This document shows, piece by piece, positions 24,319 through 26,873 of a DNA stretch of 26,873 bases. A program made the translations under genes and the position numbers. This stretch comes from Breznakia sp. PF5-3 (GTDB taxonomy: Bacteria > Bacillota_I > Bacilli_A > Erysipelotrichales > Erysipelotrichaceae). The notes below the pieces were generated by a model. The model saw only the letters and a program-made list of their open reading frames with translations. It was not told the DNA's origin and searched no databases. Location of the stretch: assembly GCF_029504745.1 (NCBI RefSeq), contig NZ_JAQFIQ010000032.1, positions 1 to 26,873 of the forward strand. The letters run 5' to 3'. How positions within the stretch are numbered: the stretch's first letter is position 1; every line of letters starts with the position of its first letter.

Positions 24319-24343
24319 ATAAAAAAGGAGCATACATGCTCCT
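24319..24343 (-). terminator. Intrinsic terminator after the GntR regulator gene
   Basis: Minus strand AGGAGCAT-GT-ATGCTCCT followed by TTTTTTAT. Confidence 0.8.
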
Positions 24344-24349
24344 ACTAGC

Positions 24350-25093
24350 TTATTTATTTACCGAATACCGCAAGGTATACTTTTCTCCATTGATATAACA
24401 AATTGTAAATTCAATGGGACGTGTATATTTATCAAACGATGTATTTTCCATAATCAAAGCTGTCGCTTCTTTTTTATGGAAAAGAATGTCTGCATAATCA
24501 TCATGTATGACTTGTGTATATACTTTTTGGTATACATGATTTAATTCTATTCCAAATTGTTCATAAAATACTCGATAGAGTGATTCATCATTAAATTCAT
24601 AATCCAATATTCCTTCCAATATCGATGCATTTAAATATGCTTTTTCAATTAGAACCGGATGTTCATCTGCATAACGAAGACGCTCTAAAAGAACCACTTT
24701 ACTACCAACCGCTACTTTTAAATTCTCGGCTACTTTTGCACTTGCTTCTTCATAGCTAAAATTCAATACTTTGGTTTTCGTCGTGTATCCTTGGGCTTTC
24801 ATCGTTTCTTTCCAACCTGAAGATATATTCATTGTTTTTTCATAATTAGAACGATTTACAAAGGTTCCTTTTCCTTTAATTCGAAATAAAATACCATTTG
24901 TAACCAACTCATCAATTGCTTTTCGAACAGTCATTCTACTCGTTTGGAATTGGGTACAAAACTGATCCTCACTTGAGATAACCATTCCTTGTTGTAATCT
25001 TCCATCCCTAATACAATCCATAATATAGTTCTGAATTTTCTTATAGATTGGAATATCCTTTTCTGTCTTTTTCAAAATGCTTCCTCTTTTCAT
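24350..25093 (-). CDS. GntR-family transcriptional regulator, HutC/UTRA subfamily
   Basis: Winged HTH SEDQFCTQFQTSRMTVRKAIDELVTNGILFRIKGKGTFV followed by a ~150-aa UTRA-like effector domain. The ATG at 25093 lacks an SD. The TTG at 25075 is preceded by AGAGGAA. Confidence 0.9.
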   Translation of the reverse strand: MKRGSILKKTEKDIPIYKKIQNYIMDCIRDGRLQQGMVISSEDQFCTQFQTSRMTVRKAIDELVTNGILFRIKGKGTFVNRSNYEKTMNISSGWKETMKAQGYTTKTKVLNFSYEEASAKVAENLKVAVGSKVVLLERLRYADEHPVLIEKAYLNASILEGILDYEFNDESLYRVFYEQFGIELNHVYQKVYTQVIHDDYADILFHKKEATALIMENTSFDKYTRPIEFTICYINGEKYTLRYSVNK

Positions 25094-25112
25094 ATATACT
25101 ACTTGTATATAT
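25092..25112. promoter_or_regulatory. 8-5-8 inverted repeat at the GntR gene start (candidate autoregulatory operator)
   Basis: ATATATAC-TACTT-GTATATAT contains GTAT/ATAC half-sites of the kind used by HutC-type regulators. It lies between the candidate -10 and the coding start. Confidence 0.3.
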
Positions 25113-25141
25113 ATTTTATAAAATTATTGTTGGTTTTACAA
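25113..25141 (-). promoter_or_regulatory. Candidate sigma-A promoter of the GntR gene
   Basis: Minus strand TTGTAA (25141..25136), 17-nt spacer, TAAAAT (25118..25113). Confidence 0.4.
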
Positions 25142-25154
25142 ATTTTTATCAATT

Positions 25155-25188
25155 TATAAGAAAAGAATATGGTTTTCCATATTCTTTT
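25155..25188 (-). terminator. Intrinsic terminator after PTS IID
   Basis: Minus strand AAGAATATGG-AAAA-CCATATTCTT followed by TTCTTAT, immediately after the IID stop. Confidence 0.75.
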
Positions 25189-26004
25189 TTATGCTAGAAC
25201 TAATAGTTCACTTAAACTTGCTACAACTGCAATTACGATAAAAATAAGGAATACTTTACCTATTTTTAAATTCTTTTTATCTAATAAATACCATGCAAAT
25301 AGCGTTAATGCTAATGGTAATAAACAAGGCATAATACTATCTAAGATTCCTTGGAAAGTAATTTCCATATCACCAGAAACATAAGACCATCCTGATTGGG
25401 CAACAACATATTGTGCTGAAATTGCTCCAACAACAATTAACCCAATTAAATTAGCACCTCTAGTGATTGCATCTTTTTTACCACCTGCAAAGATCCAATC
25501 TGTTCCATTCATTCCTAATTTATATCCTCTGCTAAACAATAACCATGTACTAGGAACAATTACACCTAACCAAGCTAAACAATAAAATAGTGGTCCTGTT
25601 ACATTTCCTTCGGCAGCTAATCCCATTGCTATAGAACATAAGATGGGACGTAAGGTACCACCAAACAATGAATCCCCAATCCCTGCAAATGGACCCATTA
25701 GTGCTGTTTTGGTACTTTGAATTAAATCGTCAGGGATTGCTTCTCCTTCAGCACGTTTTTCTTCCATTCCTAAAATAATTCCAGGAATAATTGATCCCAT
25801 AGCTTCTTCGGTATTAAAGAATTGTGTATGTCTTTGTAGTAATGCAATCTTTTCTTCTTCATTATCATATAGCTTATCTGCTACCAATCCAAACATTCTT
25901 ACAAAAGCAGGTGCCATCATACGTTCCATATTTTGACAACCAAGAGCAAATGTTATCCAGTTTCGATAACATTTACGAATATCTTTTTTATTTAACTTTG
26001 CCAT
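25189..26004 (-). CDS. PTS mannose/fructose/sorbose-family IID component
   Basis: 271 aa. The N-terminus KKDIRKCYRNWITFALGCQNMERMMAPAFVRMF and HTQFFNTEEAMGSIIPGIILGMEE are typical of EIID-Man. Confidence 0.9.
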   Translation of the reverse strand: MAKLNKKDIRKCYRNWITFALGCQNMERMMAPAFVRMFGLVADKLYDNEEEKIALLQRHTQFFNTEEAMGSIIPGIILGMEEKRAEGEAIPDDLIQSTKTALMGPFAGIGDSLFGGTLRPILCSIAMGLAAEGNVTGPLFYCLAWLGVIVPSTWLLFSRGYKLGMNGTDWIFAGGKKDAITRGANLIGLIVVGAISAQYVVAQSGWSYVSGDMEITFQGILDSIMPCLLPLALTLFAWYLLDKKNLKIGKVFLIFIVIAVVASLSELLVLA

Positions 26005-26013
26005 AATGACCTC

Positions 26014-26772
26014 CTAATTTTCTGCTTTCTTTGCCGTAATCTGATAATCCATATATGCCACAAACACTGCCAAAATCGTAACGGCTACAATTGGCATCTT
26101 TAACACGGCAATCATGATGAATCCTACCAACACATAAATAAGTTCATGGTTTTGTTTCAATGTATATTTAATCAATAAACCAAATCCTACAGCTGGTAAA
26201 ATACCTCCTAATACTTGGAATACAGTTCCTAATTGTTCTGGAATTAAAGCAATTAATTTAGGTACATAATCTGCCCCAAAATAACATGCGATAAAGATTG
26301 GAATAAAACGTACAATGAATTGTGAAATATTTGAATAAATAGGAATTCTTCTTGCTTGTATAATGTTTCCTTCAGCAATTAGTTTCTCTTGTCTATGAAC
26401 AAAAACTGCATTGAAAGTTGCAACACTATAAATAGCTGCTACTCCTAATAAACTTAATGGTACTGAAATTGCTACTGCATATTCTGCTGAAGCTCCAGAT
26501 ACCATGGCAAGGGGAATCCCTATATAAGATGCAAAGTTTACATCCCCTGGCACTGACATACCTGGTGTTACCAATCCTACATATAGTGCTTGAATTGCAG
26601 CACCAATCATAATACCGTTTGTTATATCTCCTAATATCAAACCAATGATAGCTCCTGCTACAATTGGTCGTCCAATCATATTCCACCCTCCTACAGTACC
26701 AAAAAAGAAGGTACCATAAATTGATCCTAAATACCCAAATAAGGCGATCAATAAAGCTTGAATTAATGTCAT
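26014..26772 (-). CDS. PTS mannose/fructose/sorbose-family IIC component
   Basis: 252-aa polytopic ORF with MTLIQALLIALFGYLGS...GRPIVAGAIIGLILGD, directly upstream of IID. GAGGAG RBS lies 8 nt before the ATG. Confidence 0.9.
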   Translation of the reverse strand: MTLIQALLIALFGYLGSIYGTFFFGTVGGWNMIGRPIVAGAIIGLILGDITNGIMIGAAIQALYVGLVTPGMSVPGDVNFASYIGIPLAMVSGASAEYAVAISVPLSLLGVAAIYSVATFNAVFVHRQEKLIAEGNIIQARRIPIYSNISQFIVRFIPIFIACYFGADYVPKLIALIPEQLGTVFQVLGGILPAVGFGLLIKYTLKQNHELIYVLVGFIMIAVLKMPIVAVTILAVFVAYMDYQITAKKAEN

Positions 26773-26804
26773 ATCATGTTCTCCTCGTATAATGTGTAGT
26801 GTAA

Positions 26805-26873
26805 TCAGTTGGCTTTTCCAACTTGATTGTATTGTTCTTCTAATCTAAGATAATGAAGTGTTCTGGGAATAAG
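26805..26873 (-). CDS. Possible 3' end of the preceding PTS gene (IIB?), truncated by the window edge
   Basis: This is the only open minus-strand frame from the window edge (...LIPRTLHYLRLEEQYNQVGKAN*). It stops 32 nt before the IIC start. The product is inferred only from the usual IIB-IIC-IID order. Confidence 0.35.
   Translation of the reverse strand, partial: LIPRTLHYLRLEEQYNQVGKAN

Noticed and set aside
25169-26006. Plus-strand ORFs 25169..25384 and 25824..26006
   Set aside because: They lie antisense within the PTS IID gene. They are shadow ORFs.
26426-26686. 86-aa minus-strand ORF inside PTS IIC
   Set aside because: It is an alternative frame of a clearly recognisable IIC membrane protein, with Cys/Arg/Tyr-rich composition atypical for this genome.
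1-26873. CRISPR arrays, tRNA/rRNA genes, IS/transposase or integrase genes, toxin-antitoxin pairs, restriction-modification or other defence operons
   Set aside because: I scanned intergenic regions and the ORF list. I found no spaced direct repeats, no cloverleaf-like segments, and no nuclease, ATPase or methylase-type accessory ORFs. This was an eye scan, so small elements could be missed.

Overview
AT-rich, low-GC Bacillota-type chromosomal segment (taxon is a guess from gene content and synteny). Every credible gene is on the minus strand. Read 5'->3' on the minus strand, from high to low coordinates, the order is as follows. First a possible PTS IIB 3' end, then PTS mannose-family IIC and IID, a GntR/HutC regulator, and a monocistronic orphan. 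Then an 84-aa ORF with pth, mfd, rqcP(yabO)-like, a small acidic ORF and divIC-like. Then an ECF sigma, anti-sigma, an 818-aa transglutaminase-like lipoprotein and an untracked 30-aa membrane peptide. Then an intrinsic terminator followed by a ~515-nt ORF-less group II intron (class C-like). Then two acidic lipoproteins, mutS-mutL-miaA, a ~1400-aa wall-anchored adhesin, a cation:proton antiporter and a MATE exporter. Finally another intrinsic terminator and the first 176 nt of a second, sequence-identical intron copy that runs off the window edge. Most of the window is ordinary housekeeping DNA. I see no CRISPR array, tRNA, rRNA, IS transposase, prophage or recognisable defence operon. The best candidate for something unusual is the reverse-transcriptase-less class C group II intron. 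It occurs twice, each time immediately after a terminator ending TTTTTG, with an EBS1-like CAAA that matches that target and a domain V I cannot fold canonically. Second is the ECF sigma / anti-sigma / transglutaminase lipoprotein / micropeptide operon, which has a SigW-like promoter. A similar TGAAACTTTTT...CGT motif lies in front of the next lipoprotein gene. All RNA-motif comparisons were made by eye and from memory of the Oceanobacillus iheyensis group IIC ribozyme, and need covariance-model confirmation.
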